A model generated the notes under the pieces. The model did no database searches. It saw only the letters and a program-made list of their open reading frames with translations, and was not told the origin of the DNA. The translations under genes were made by a program, and so were the position numbers. This document shows, one piece after another, positions 13,157 to 33,870 of a stretch of DNA of 64,000 nt. Source of the DNA: Pecten maximus (Eukaryota); NCBI RefSeq assembly GCF_902652985.1, contig NC_047021.1:12462001-12526000 (forward strand), written 5' to 3'. Within the stretch, counting starts at the first letter, position 1. Each line of letters starts with the position of its first letter.

Positions 13157-15452
13157 ATGCCGACCTACAAACTTCATTATTTTCCCATCCGAGCCAGAGG
13201 CGAGCTCATCCGGCTGCTGTTCGCGGCTGCAGGGAAGACCTTCACTGACCAAATCATCACGTTCGCTGACTGGCCATCAAAAAAATCAGGTACGAACTCG
13301 ACCGATTTTTAACACTTGTTTTTGTATAAATTATACCTTCATTAGAAAAATGTCATAATGATATCGTCAGTTTCAAATGGATGTTTTCAGTGAAAATGAT
13401 AATTTACTGGTTAATTGTTTGCTTGACTGTGTTTTAAAAAAGAAAGGTCATTCTAAAATGCATAAGTCACGTCTCGTAACAATCGCGTTCAAACCACTTA
13501 ATCTTAAGTGTAACACTCGTGTATTTAAATTGTAATTTCCTCTTTCCGTTCGGTCTAAGCCAAGATGGCGGTCAGAGGGTGTTATAAAGATACTTTACAT
13601 AGGATTTTCTATGTGAATTTATGCGGTATGTCCGTAGTGCAGTGATTGACGTGGTTGCCATTTAAGGGATTTACACACATTGATATGTTTAGTGCTACAT
13701 TTAATTAAATAAGTCCCTTTACACTTCGAAAAAAAATATACATATCATGAAATATCTTACGTTCGTAGTTATCTCTATACAATCATTTATCTAAACTAAC
13801 TTGATTGATTATATACGTATCAGGGCAACACATAAGTTAAATCCGTATGTGACTTGGAGGAGGCATTAGTCACTGCCTCGTGCAGTTGCTACCAGTCTAT
13901 GTGGTTTCAGCGTTATGTAACAGATACAACTCAAACTAACCCGTATGTAGGTTATCTATCTATGTAAATACAACCAATGATTGTGTAATAATAAATCAAT
14001 GATTTTGCTATAATCATCCATTTTGTCGACAGAAATGCCAACTGGGCAACTCCCGGTCCTGGAAATCGATGGAGAAAAACTATCCCAGAGTCTCACCATT
14101 GCGAGGTTCCTCTCACGGGAGTTCGGTAAGGACACCTTTCATAGATAAATTGTATCTATTATCAACGCCTAGTAACAAATGTCACAAAAAAGCCATTGCA
14201 ACCAAAGAGTGTCGATAATCCACAATTGTATTTTTAACAAATTACTCGCCTTCGGTATGTACGTTTCTGTATATACTATAAAACTAATGCTTTACATTTT
14301 ACATGGAACGTAGTAATGTATTATGGCAGAGCATTATTTTCATTGATTCCATGTTACAGGATTGGCTGGAGATAGTAACCTGGACCAGGCGAGAGCGGAC
14401 CAGGTAGTCGACACAATAGGGGATCTGTTCACGGAGTTCTTCAAGTACGCATTTGAGAAGGACGCCGAAAAGAAGGTTAGTATAGTAGTTGCATAGTGTT
14501 AATGTGGATTTCCTACATGATAAGCACTGTTTCTGAATCATTAAATGGGAATGTCAAAAATCTAGTATAATTCGTTTAATGAAAGTAATGCAACATTCGA
14601 CACAATACAATGTATATATATATATATATATATAATTATATATGTATTTATAACTGTAATGGTCAAGTATGTTATCGCTTTATAATTACACAATGTATGA
14701 TTTGATCAAACACGTACAAACTAACAGGTTTGTCAAAATGTAAGATATTTCAAAACAGCTGTGCTATGACACTGTTCCAACACACACATACTTATATTTA
14801 TTGTATACATTTTAGAGTTAAGATGATTTTCATTATATCGTCTTTTTCGTCTTGCAGGAAGAACTTAAGAAGAAAACCTTCGATAGTGTTCTATCAACAT
14901 TCGCAACAAACGTGACCAAATTTCTTGATATGAATAAAACCAAGAGCGGCTATTTTGTTGGTAAAAAGGTAAACTGTTGCATATTATTTTTTCTTCAAAA
15001 TACCTTCGATTGTAGCAATAAACACTTTAAAATAACGTTGATAGAGAGCGATTAAAGCATATTATCATATATATGCATATTTTTTTTTTTTTTCAAACTT
15101 CAATGAAAATTTTACATCATGTAACACTTAACAAATAATGTATCTTTCTATTCCTGACGTCCATATACTATTTTCATGTAAAAGTCCATGTATTTTATGT
15201 TATCTCACTTTGCCGAGGCCTGAATAATTTGTGTAGTACCCTTGGTAGTAATCGATATCAACTTATGGTGTCCTGTTGTCTTTACAGTTGACAGTTGCTG
15301 ACCTGGCAGTGTATGAGGGTTTCGAAGACTTCCTACTTGTGGATCCCAAGTCACTTGACAAGTACCCCAAACTTGTTGCCCATAGAAAGTTGGTGTTGAG
15401 CAATTCCAAGGTGAAGGCTTACCTAGACAAGCGTCCGAAGACAGACGTTTAG
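13157..15452 (+). CDS. Glutathione S-transferase, sigma class (gene 2), 205 aa, 5 exons
   Basis: Exons 13157-13289, 14033-14125, 14360-14475, 14858-14968, 15288-15452; GT-AG. MPTYKLHYFPIRARGELIRLLF...[35 protein letters not shown]...YFVGKKLTVADL...YLDKRPKTDV*. AATAAA at 15608. Confidence 0.97.
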
Positions 15453-15939
15453 AAATAGAAATGTCCAGCTGATGTAACCGGTTGACGTTATAATTTCATT
15501 AGCCAGATCGTTGTCACGTGTAATCCTTTGAACCGTGTGGTAGTGATTGATTTGAAGTGGCATAGCTTTGGGAATGGAAATGCAATACCAATAACATTGT
15601 CCAGTTCAATAAAGCGGACATGATGATGGTGTTGCCAGGTGCTTAACTGCAGTGTTGTGTAAGCTTGATGTTTGATCAGAATTAACGTCAGACAATGATA
15701 CAGGAGATCCAAAAACAATACTTCTTCATTTATTTAATTCAGTATTTTGGCATTTACACATTTATTTTTCTATTTAGTACGTTTACCTATTTACTTGTTT
15801 TAATAAATGGTTTACTCATAAATGTACCACACCTGTCGTACTTATCTGTGAAGCACCAACAGCTACAAAACGTCACACGATATCCAGCATGGGTTATTCA
15901 AACAATGATTCATCGAAGAATGGTACTTATATAACTGGA

Positions 15940-16137
15940 GGGGCCGCGGTGGCCGAGTGGTTAAGGTGTCCCGATACGTTAACACTAGCCCTCCACCCCT
16001 GGGTTGCGAGTTCGAAACCTACGTGGGGTAGTTGCCAGGTACTGACCGTAGGCCGGTGGTTTTTCTCCAGGTACTCCGGCTTTCCTCCACCTCCAAACCT
16101 GGCACGTCCCTAAATGACCCTGGCTGTTAATAGGACG

Positions 16138-16174
<37 letters not shown>
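15940..16174 (+). mobile_element. tRNA-derived SINE with V-domain-like core and (TA)n tail
   Basis: GGGGCCGCGG start, A box TGGCCGAGTGG, B box GAGTTCGAAAC, core GGTTTTTCTCCAGGTACTCCGGCTTTCCTCCACC (resembles the V-SINE core from memory), 3' GGCTGTTAATAGGACGTTA followed by (TA)n. Confidence 0.85.
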
Positions 16175-16175
<1 letters not shown>

Positions 16176-17224
16176 TGGTATTCGATCTTACGACGAATCG
16201 AACAGCATGACACTGACATGACTGTAATCCACAATTAATATGTATAGTAAATATGGTCCCAGGTCACATTTTTATGTTTCAAGCGGGTCCTTCATATACC
16301 ACATTGTCATTCTCTTAACGGGAAATGTATACATTTCATATTACAAAAATCCTTCAGCACATGACTGGAAAGGTTCTATACTATTCTACAAAGTATGGTC
16401 ATACTGCACATTCCTACTAACATATATTCTGAAACGTGTCACGTGACGCATAATAGAAAAATCCAGAGTGGTTATTTTCCTATTGACAACTTTTTTATGA
16501 AGAATAATGACGATGGGTAACTTTTGTCATGTAGAGTATTATCCCTGGTAGTTTCATCTACCTCGTGTCACTTTTAATTAGGAAACACTGGTTAAACTTT
16601 TTTTTTCTTTACAAATAAGAGACTTGAATATTCCTGAATCTATCCCGTGTAGCGAGCATACATATGTTGCATTAGGGACCAAATTTGCTTTGTCAGCAAT
16701 ATGGCATAACCTAGCACACTTCTCAATATGTCACAAGTCTTTAGTTTTGTGTGTTAAATATTGAAGTGCAAACTCCCTATACATTGTGATTTTAGACTCG
16801 AAAAGTTATATATGATCACATTGCCGGATCCAGGTTCATCAACATTCAGTATTGTCACCAAAAGGTTCTAATTGTGTTAAGATATTGCCACTTAAATAAG
16901 TTAATGATCGAGCTGTCGTTTGTTGACAACTAGCTTAACAAGTATGTTTAAAAAAAAAGAATATAGATTCCAGTCGGGAGTACTTTTTCACAGCGGTAAC
17001 GAAGGAGTCTGATAATATATACACTACCTAACTGTAACGGTAAACAATGTTACGTAATTCTCTCAAGGTTAACTGATAGGAGCTAGGCATACACATCCAT
17101 TCGGTGAATATCTAGGATAGACTTCAAACAGGATAATAAATAACATGTACACAAGGAACTAATTTCTATTCCTATAGAAATGAATTACAAAGTATGTAAA
17201 ATGATTACAAAAAATACATTGACG

Positions 17225-18165
17225 ATAATAAGAGAGTACAGCGTTAATAATAAGAGAGTACAGCGTTAGGAATAAGAGAGTACAGCGTTAATAATAAGAG
17301 AGTACAGCGTTAAGAATAAGAGAGTACAGCGTTAATAATAAGAGAGTACAACGTTAAGAATAAGAGAGTACAGCGTTAATAATAAGAGAGTACAGCGTTA
17401 AGAATAAGAGAGTACAGCGTTAATAATAAGAGAGTACAGCGTTAATAATAAGAGAGTACAACGTTAAGAATAAGAGAGTACGGCGTTAATAATAAGAGAG
17501 TACAACGTTAAGAATAAGAGAGTACAGCGTTAATAATAAGAGAGTACAGCGTTAATAATAAGAGAGTACAACGTTAAGAATAAGAGAGTACAGCGTTAAT
17601 AATAAAAGGGTACAACGTTAAGAATAAGAGAGTACGGCGTTAGTAATAAGAGGGTACAGCGTTAAGAATAAGAGGGTACAGCGTTAATAATAAGAGAGTA
17701 CAACGTTAATAATAAGAGAGTACAGCGTTAAGAATAAGACAGTACAGCGTTAAGAATAAGACAGTACAGCGTTAATAATAAGAGAGTACAACGTTAAGAA
17801 TAAGAGAGTACGGCGTTAATAATAAGAGAGTACAGGGTTAATAATAAGAGAGTACAGCGTTAATAATAAGAGAGTACAGCGTTAATAATAAGAGAGTACA
17901 ATGTTAAGAATAAGAGAGTACGGCGTTAATAATAAGAGAGTACAGAGATGGCAAGAAATGAGAACAGCATCGATAACAAGAGGATACAGAGTTGATAACA
18001 AGAAGGAACAGCAATGAGAGAAAGAGGGTACACAATTGGCAACAAGAGGGTACAGAGTTGACAACAAGAGAGTGCAACGTTAAGAACAAGAGGGAACAGG
18101 AATGAGAGAAAGAGGGTATACAATTGGCAACAAGAGGGTACAGAGTTGATAACAAAAGGGTACAG
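17225..18165. repeat. 22-bp minisatellite (~33 homogeneous copies to ~17945, degenerate tail to ~18165)
   Basis: Unit a(t/g)aataagagagtacagcgtta; the tail has diverged units such as aacaagagggtacagagttgat. Confidence 0.95.
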
Positions 18166-19734
18166 CATAAATACACTTTTATAACGAAACGATATAACAT
18201 TGAGAACACAATGGCACGGGAGTAAACAATGTTAATGATAAAGGATTAATTGCTCGTGAGGTTATCCTTAGCGTATTTTACTTTTTCAAATACAACGTTA
18301 GTTTTTTTATGTTCTTTATTAACATGCAACGATGCAACGGATATCCAATCTGCAGTATACAAAAAGAGAATAGTATTTCATTCTTATCAGCATTTCAGCA
18401 CTATCATAACATGATTTCACAAAGGGAAAAATATGTTGAAAAATATGTTTCAATGAAACAGTAACACCTCAAACCATTTATTCGACAAAAATAAGATAGG
18501 CTGTAGATGAAAGGACACGAGAAACCCTACATTAGTCATGAAGACCTCATGACGTTAAGACTGGAGTTAAATGATACTATGTCCTTCAAATTGCATGTAT
18601 CATACCACGTAGCATTTTGTACTTTGTCCCAGTGGCTGCTCATTTTGTAAGACTGGTGACGTTAATGCAAAGAATAATCTCTTATCCATCGATTATCCTG
18701 ATAACATATTTTCTTTACAGTGTTGTTTTCTTTCCGTTATATAAAAATATTCCCTTATCCAACCTTGTCACTCAATTCAGGGGTTCTTTCCCTTGTTTGT
18801 CACCACACCGGAGGTCGCCTATAACTGAGTTAAACACGCGCTCCGATGTCGTGATAGACAATACTAATACTTCAGTGACTGGTGACATGGCATGATGAAT
18901 ATCACATTAAATATCCTGTGTGTCTATTGATCAAGTCTTCAGCATGTTTACTAGTATTACATCATTGAAAACTACCAAGGTAGAAGGGTCCCAAGTTCAC
19001 TACCTAAAACCATGTACTGTCTGCATGCATAGCATTGCCTGTGTTGACCTGTATGAATTGTCTTAGCTTAAGAAGTCTTTTTCACCCAAAAACGCCAGAA
19101 TTGTTTTTTTTATCGATGACAAATGTGATTTTATGTAATTAATTTAAATTATTGGAAATTGAAGCCTGTATAGGAGATTGCACTGTAGCTTTTAAACATT
19201 GTAATATCGTTTGCACCGTTTACGTTTTGAAACATGGTAAAGTAATGGACAGGACAAGGAAATGTACCGAAAATTGTATTTGAATTGGTTACTTACAAAA
19301 TCGTTGGTGTACGAAATAAATAGCTTTTCTGACATGAATGAAATTGCGCTTGCATTTATTCGTACTAAGACCGATCAGTTATCTACATTCATCATTTTTA
19401 TGGAGTGCTCAATATACATGTAATATATATGTGTGTTGCCAACTATTATCATGTCACCGTGTACATCATAATGACGATAAACAGGATGTTGACAAAAAGT
19501 AGTATTGTTTTTATGTACGAACAACTGATAAAAAATGATAACCCATTGACAATATTATCAGCGCAGGGTCATGAGAAAATATATATCGACATTTTTATAC
19601 AATGGCAATTTCAAGGACATACTGCTTGACGAGTCGCTACTATCGGGAAATGTGCTGTCTTCCCGAAAGAGTGCCTGAACGCTACAAAAAATCCTCGCTA
19701 CAATATTGCTTGGAGATAAAACGAAGGTGATAAG

Positions 19735-22700
19735 GATATAAAGACTGATATTTACTGGTGTTATGATGACAATATAAAGACTGATATTTACTGCGGTTAT
19801 GATGACGATATAAAGACTGATATTTACACGGTTTATGATGATGATATAATGACTGATATTTACAGGGTTTATGATGACGATATAAAGTCTGATATTTACT
19901 GGGGTTATGGTGACGATATAAAGGCTGATATTTACATGGGTTATGATGACGATATAAAGACTGATATTTACAGGGGTTATGATGACGATATAAAGACTGA
20001 TATTTACTGGGGTTATGATGACGATATAAAGACTGATATTTACTGGGGTTATGATGACGATATAAAGACTGATATTTACTGGGGTTATGATGACGATATA
20101 AAGACTGATATTTACAGGATTTATGATAACGATATAATGACTGATATTACAGGGGTTATGATGACGATATAAAGTCTGATATTTACTGGGGTTATGATGA
20201 CGATATAAAGGCTGATATTTACACGGTTTATGATGACGATATCAAGACTGATATTTACACGGATTATGATGACGATATAATGACTGATATTTACACGGTT
20301 TATGATGACGATATAATGACTGATATTACAGGGGTTATGATGACGATATAAAGGCTGATATTTACAGGGGTTATGATGACGATATAAAGACTGATATTTA
20401 CTGGGGTTATGATGACGATATAAAGACTGATATTTACTGGGGTTATGATGACGATATAAAGGCTGATATTTACACGGTTTATGATGACGATATAAAGACT
20501 GATATTTACACGGATTATGATGACGATATAATGACTGATATTTACACGGTTTATGATGACGATATAATGACTGATATTACAGGGGTTATGGTGACGATAT
20601 AAAGGCTGATATTTACAGGGGTTATGATGACGATATAAAGACTGATATTTACTGGGGTTATGATGACGATATAAAGACTGATATTTACTGGGGTTATGAT
20701 GACGATATAAAGGCTGATATTTACACGGTTTATGATGACGATATAAAGATTGATATTTACACGGATTATGATGACGATATAATGACTGATACTTACACGG
20801 TTTAGATGACGATATAATGACTGATATTACAGGGGTTATGGTGACGATATAAAGGCTGATATTTACAGGGGTTATGATGACGATATAAAGACTGATATTT
20901 ACTGGGGTTATGATGACGATATAAAGACTGATATTTACTGGGGTTATGATGACGATATAAAGACTGATATTTACTGGGGTTATGATGACGATATAAAGAC
21001 TGATATTTACTGGGGTTATGATGACGATATAAAGACTGATATTTACAGGGTTTATGATGACGATATAAAGACTGATATTTACTGGGGTTATGATGACGAT
21101 ATAAAGACTGATATTTACTGGGGTTATGATGACAATACAAAGACTGATATTTACTGGGGTTATGATGACGATATAAAGACTGATATTTACTGGGGTTATG
21201 ATGATATAAAGACTGATATTCACTGGGGTTATGATGACGATATAAAGGCTGATATTTACAGGGTTTATGATGACGATATAAAGACTGATATTTACTGGGG
21301 TTATGATGACGAATTAAAGACTGATATTTACTGGGGTTATGATGACAATACAAAGACTGATATTTACTGGGGTTATGATGACGATATAAAGACTGATATT
21401 TACTGGGGTTATGATGACGATATACAGACTGATATTTACTAGGGTTATGATGACGATATAAAGACTGATATTTACTGGGGTTATGATGACGATATAAAGA
21501 CTGATATTTACTGGGGTTATGATGACGATATAAAGACTGATATTTACTGGGGTTATGATGACGATATAAAGGCTGATATTTACAGGGTTTATGATGACGA
21601 TATAAAGACTGATATTTACTGGGGTTATGATGACGATATAAAGACTGATATTTACTGGGGTTATGATGACGATATCAAAACTGATATTTACATGGGGTTA
21701 TGATGACGATATAAAGACTGATATTAACAGGGTTTATGATGACGATATAAAGACTGATATTTACTGGGTTATGATGACGATATAAAGACTGATATTTACT
21801 GGGGTTATGATGACGATATAAAGACTGATATTCACTGGGGTTATAATGACGATATAAAGGCTGATATTTACAGCGTTTATTAAGACGATATAAAGACTGA
21901 TATTTACAGGGGTTATGATGACGATATAAAGACTGATAGTTACAGGGGTTATGATGACGATATAAAGACTAATATTTACAGGGTTTATTAAGACGATATA
22001 AAGACTGATATTTACAGGGGTTATGATGACGATATAAAGAATGATATTTACTGGGGTTATGATGACGATATAAAGAGTGATATTTACTGGGGTTATGATA
22101 ACGATATAAAGACTGATATTTACAGGGGTTATGATGACGATATAAAGACTGATATTTACTGGGGTTATGATGATATAAAGACTGATATTTACTGGGGTTA
22201 TGATGACGATATAAAGACTGATATTTACTGGGGTTATGATGACGATATAAAGGCTGATAGTTACAGGGGTTATGATGACGACATAAAGACTGATATTTAC
22301 TGGGGTTATGATGACGATAGAAAGAGTGATATTTACTCGGGTTATGATGACGATATAAAGACTGATATTTACAGGGGTTATGATGACGATATAAAGACTG
22401 ATATTTACTGGGGTTATGATGACGATATAAAGACTGATATTTACTGGGGTTATGATGACGATATAAAGTCTGAAATTAACTGGGGTTATGATGACGATAT
22501 AAAGATTGATATTTACTGGGGTCATGATGACGATATAAAGTCTGATATTTACTGGGGTTATGATGACGACATCAAGACTGATATTTACTGGGTTATGATG
22601 ACGATAGAAAGACTGATATTTACTGGGGTTATGATGACGATATAAAGACTGATATTTACTGGGGTTATGATGACGATATAAAGACTGATATTTACTGGGG

Positions 22701-25700
22701 TTATGATGACGATATAAAGACTGATATTTACTGGGTTATGATGACGATATAAAGACTGATATTTACTGGGTTATGATGACGATATAAAGACTGATATTTA
22801 CTGGGGTTATGCTGACGATATAAAGACTGATATTTACAGGGGTTATGATGACGATATAAAGACTGATATTTACTGGGGTTATGATGACGATAGAAAGAGT
22901 GATATTTACTCGGGTTATGATGACGATATAAAGACTGATATTTACAGGGTTTATGATGACGATATAAAGACTGATATTTACGGGGGTTATGATGACGATA
23001 TAAAGACTGATATTTACTGGGGTTATGATGACGATATAAAGGCTGATATTTACTGGGGTTATTATGACGATAGAAAGAGTGATATTTACTGGGGTTATGC
23101 TGACGATATAAAGACTGATATTTACAGGGGTTATGATGACGATATAAAGACTGATATTTACTGGGGTTATGATGACGATAGAAAGAGTGATATTTACTCG
23201 GGTTATGATGACGATATAAAGACTGATATTTACAGGGTTTATAATGACGATAAAAAGACTGATATTTACGGGGGTTATGATGACGATATAAAGACTGATA
23301 TTTACTGGGGTTATGATGACGATATAAAGGCTGATATTTACTGGGGTTATGATGACGATAGAAAGAGTGATATTTACTCGGGTTATGATGACGATATAAA
23401 GACTGATATTTACAGGGTTTATGATGACGATATAAAGACTGATATTTACTGGGGTTATGATAACGATATAAAGACTGATATTTACTGGGGTAATGATGAC
23501 GATATAAAGACTGATATTTACTGGGGTTATGATGACGATATAAAGACTGATATTTACTGGGGTTATGATGACGATATAAAGAATGATATTTACAGGGGTC
23601 ATGGTGACGATATAAAGACTGATATTTACTGGGGTTATGATGACGATATAAAGACTGATATTTACAGGGGTCATGATGACGATATAAAGACTGATATTTA
23701 CTGGGGTTATGATGACGATATAAAGACTGATATTTACAGGGGTTATGATGACGATATAAAGACTGATATTTACTGGGGTTATGATGACGATATAAAGACT
23801 GATATTTACGGGGGTTATGATGACGATAGAAAGAGTGATATTTACTCGGGTTATGATGACGATATAAAGACTGATATTAACAGGGTTATGATGACGATAT
23901 AAAGACTGATATTTACTGGGGTTATGATGACGATATAAAGACAGATATTTACTGGGGTTATGATGACGATATCAAGACTGATATTTACTGGGGTTATGAT
24001 GACGATATAAAGACTGATATTTACTGGGGTTATGATGACGATATAAAGGCTGATATTTACAGAGTTTATGATGACGATATAAAGACTGATATTTACTGGG
24101 GTTATGATGACGATATAAAGACTGATATTTACTGGGGTTATGATGACGATATAAAGTCTGATATTTACTGGGGTTATAATGACGATATAAAGACTGATAT
24201 TTACTGGGGTTATAATGACGATATAAAGACTGATATTGACTGGGGTTATGATGACGATATAAAGACTGATATTTACAGGGGTTATGATGACGATATAAAG
24301 AATGATATTTACTGGGGTTATGATGACGATATAAAGACTGATATTTACTGGGGTTATGATGACGATATTAAGACTGATATTTACGGGGGTTATGATGACG
24401 ATATAAAGACTGATATTTACAGGGTTATGATGACGATATAAAGACTGATAGTTACAGGGGTTATGATGACGATATAAAGACTGATATTTACTGGGGTTAT
24501 GATGACGATATAAAGACTGATAGTTACAGGGGTTATGATGACGATATAAAGACTGATATTTACTGGGGTTATGATGACGATAGAAAGAGTGATATTTACT
24601 CGGGTTATGATGACGATATAAAGACTGATATTTACAGGGTTTATGATGACGATATAAAGACTGATATTTACGGGGGTTATGATGACGATATAAAGACTGA
24701 TATTTACTGGGGTTATGATGACGATATAAAGGCTGATATTTACTGGGGTTATGATGACGATAGAAAGAGTGATATTTACTCGGGTTATGATGACGATATA
24801 AAGACTGATATTTACAGGGTTTATGATGACGATATAAAGACTGATATTTACTGGGGTTATGATAACGATATAAAGACTGATATTTACTGGGGTAATGATG
24901 ACGATATAAAGACTGATATTTACTGGGGTTATGATGACGATATAAAGACTGATATTTACTGGGGTTATGATGACGATATAAAGAATGATATTTACAGGGG
25001 TCATGGTGACGATATAAAGACTGATATTTACTGGGGTTATGATGACGATATAAAGACTGATATTTACAGGGGTCATGATGACGATATAAAGACTGATATT
25101 TACTGGGGTTATGATGACGATATAAAGACTGATATTTACAGGGGTTATGATGACGATATAAAGACTGATATTTACTGGGGTTATGATGACGATATAAAGA
25201 CTGATATTTACGGGGGTTATGATGACGATAGAAAGAGTGATATTTACAGGGGTCATGGTGACGATATAAAGACTGATATTTACTGGGGTTATGATGACGA
25301 TATAAAGTCTGATATTTACTGGGGTTATAATGACGATATAAAGACTGATATTTACTGGGGTTATAATGACGATATAAAGACTGATATTGACTGGGGTTAT
25401 GATGACGATATAAAGACTGATATTTACAGGGGTTATGATGACGATATAAAGAATGATATTTACTGGGGTTATGATGACGATATAAAGACTGATATTTACT
25501 GGGGTTATGATGACGATATTAAGACTGATATTTACGGGGGTTATGATGACGATATAAAGACTGATATTTACAGGGTTATGATGACGATATAAAGACTGAT
25601 AGTTACAGGGGTTATGATGACGATATAAAGACTGATATTTACTGGGGTTATGATGACGATATAAAGACTGATAGTTACAGGGGTTATGATGACGATATAA

Positions 25701-25905
25701 AGACTGATATTTACTGGGGTTATGATGACGATATAAAGACTGATATTTACTGGGGTTATGATGACGATATAAAGGCTGATATTTACAGGGTTTATGATGA
25801 CGATATAAAGACTGATAGTTACAGGGGTTATGATGACGATATAAAGACTGATATTTACTCGGGTTATGATGACGATATAAAGACTGATATTTACAGGGGT
25901 TATGA
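19735..25905. repeat. 36-bp satellite array, ~6.2 kb, ~170 copies
   Basis: Unit gatgacgatataaagactgatatttactggggttat with point variants and no unique spacers. Confidence 0.98.
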
Positions 25906-26733
25906 TTACTTGTAGACTTCAATATTTAAGTTTGGTCTTCTTTTCTGAAACCATTGTTTACTTTATATAACTTGTCGCTAATTGTTAAATCCATACTAGT
26001 ATTACATACAATCTCGTAAGTGATACCACTTTTGCTTTCTCATGTGAGGAATAGTCCATGAGAATTTACAACTGATGATCGCATCGTTTTATTTATGACA
26101 GACATACTTTGAAAATACTCGCATATCGCGAACTCGGATCAACATTTTAGTAATACTACCATTCCCGAAACAAGTCGACACGTATCGTTACAAGCAAACA
26201 ATAAACAGGCTGTCCTATAGTAGTACATTATGTCCAAAGTTTATCTAGTAATCCAGTAATAATAAGCCCTTGGACAAGTAGCTGTTGGATTAACTAACAC
26301 ACGGCCCAGGTACAACTTACAGACAAAATCATCTGGAACAAATACACAAGATATACTCAAATGTCAACAAACAAAATTAGTCAATTAGAAAACAACTATT
26401 TCTTTTCTTTCTTGTTTTAATGAACAACGAATTGTCCGTGGTCAATAATAAACATGGCATTTTGTGCATCTAACATTGCCCAACACATCAGTGTATCGCT
26501 AATGTCAATAACTATATCATTACTTTTGCCCAACAAATCGACGTGTCACTAGTGTCCTTTAGATGATTCTCCCCATCACGTGTCAGGGTGCTTGAACGCG
26601 CATGTCTGTACATACTTATTTGAACAGCTATCTATATCACGAGACCATTTATATACGTGTACCACAAGATCAAAATCACCAGTTGACCGTCATCCAGCTC
26701 AGGACACCAGTCTACGGCCATCCACCACACAAC

Positions 26734-32876
<6,143 letters not shown>

Positions 32877-33384
32877 TGTCCATATCAGTGAAATGTTTGT
32901 TGGCAGCATTGTTTATGTTATTTAAAACCTAATAAAATCATAACTAACTGTTAATTGGTTCATATTATGTACAGAAAACTACTGTTCACGCGGACGAGCA
33001 TATTGCATTTATCATTAAAAAGACAGATGGCCTATATGTATCGTAAACAAATGTCCGGTCTTCTTTTTATGTTCAGATATTATGGAAATTTCCCACGGAT
33101 AAATAATACATAAATATGCATATTAATATGGTAATTACGAAAAAGAAAAAAAAAATCTTTATGATGATTATTGTTCAATAATATATCAATATTTTATAAT
33201 CTACATGTATTCGGAGTAAAATTAGGTCATACTGCTAATTCCTATAGAGCATAGGAACAAAACAATACAGACAATAATTTGTGCACCTGAATCATGTTAT
33301 TTCAAAATGTTTTTGTATAGATCTTACCTGCAATAATAATCAGTTAACTGTAAAAAGCATGTTAAAATATATCCATAATTTACC

Positions 33385-33471
33385 TGGGTAGAGACATAAA
33401 TAAAGGACACCTGTCTATTAAGGACACTTGATCTGTCCCGTTGTTGTATTTTATAGATAGGTTTGACTGTA
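33385..33471. mobile_element. Right-end fragment of a Tc1/mariner-type MITE
   Basis: Repeated aaggacac motifs ending in ...ataggtttgactgta (CAGT/ACTG terminus plus TA). No matching left end seen. Confidence 0.45.
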
Positions 33472-33870
33472 GCTTCAAAATGATACTTTTATGATATCTT
33501 AAACTGGTCATTCTGGTCATTCTAACTAAACATAAAAGCTATCATACTAAAACTCACGACATATATGGAAGGGATGTTCGATTGGGATGTCATTATTCAT
33601 CAGGAATGAACTTTTCTCTTCAAATCTGTAATTCAGAACACGAATAGAATTCGGGTACATAGTGCCTCACCTGTACGACAGATGTCGCTAACACGAAAAA
33701 GTACTTCCTGGACTATTTAGCACTCCTCACAAACATTCACTGAGAAAAGTGTGTTATCTAAAATCAATACTCATTCTTATGTTGTAAAATATGACCCATG
33801 CATCATAAATGCAGGTGATCACCTTCCATATGAACAGTCTCTTATTCACCCTTTCACCAACTCACACGTA

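Noticed and set aside
15940-16030. tRNA gene
   Set aside because: A and B boxes are present, but I could not fold a convincing cloverleaf and the sequence continues into a SINE core and tail.
16249-16686. Possible old MITE (tggtccc...gggacca) with central GTCACGTGAC palindrome
   Set aside because: The inverted match is only about 12 bp with no TSD, so element and regulatory role are both unsupported.
19735-25905. Interstitial telomere repeat (GGGTTA within the unit)
   Set aside because: Only one hexamer per 36-bp unit; no (TTAGGG)n tract.
19735-25922. Long ORFs (up to 501 aa, PVNISLYIVIIT repeats) and CRISPR-like 36-bp periodicity
   Set aside because: Head-to-tail satellite with no unique spacers and no cas genes. 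The ORFs arise because a 36-nt unit lacks stops in some frames, and single-base indels break them at random.
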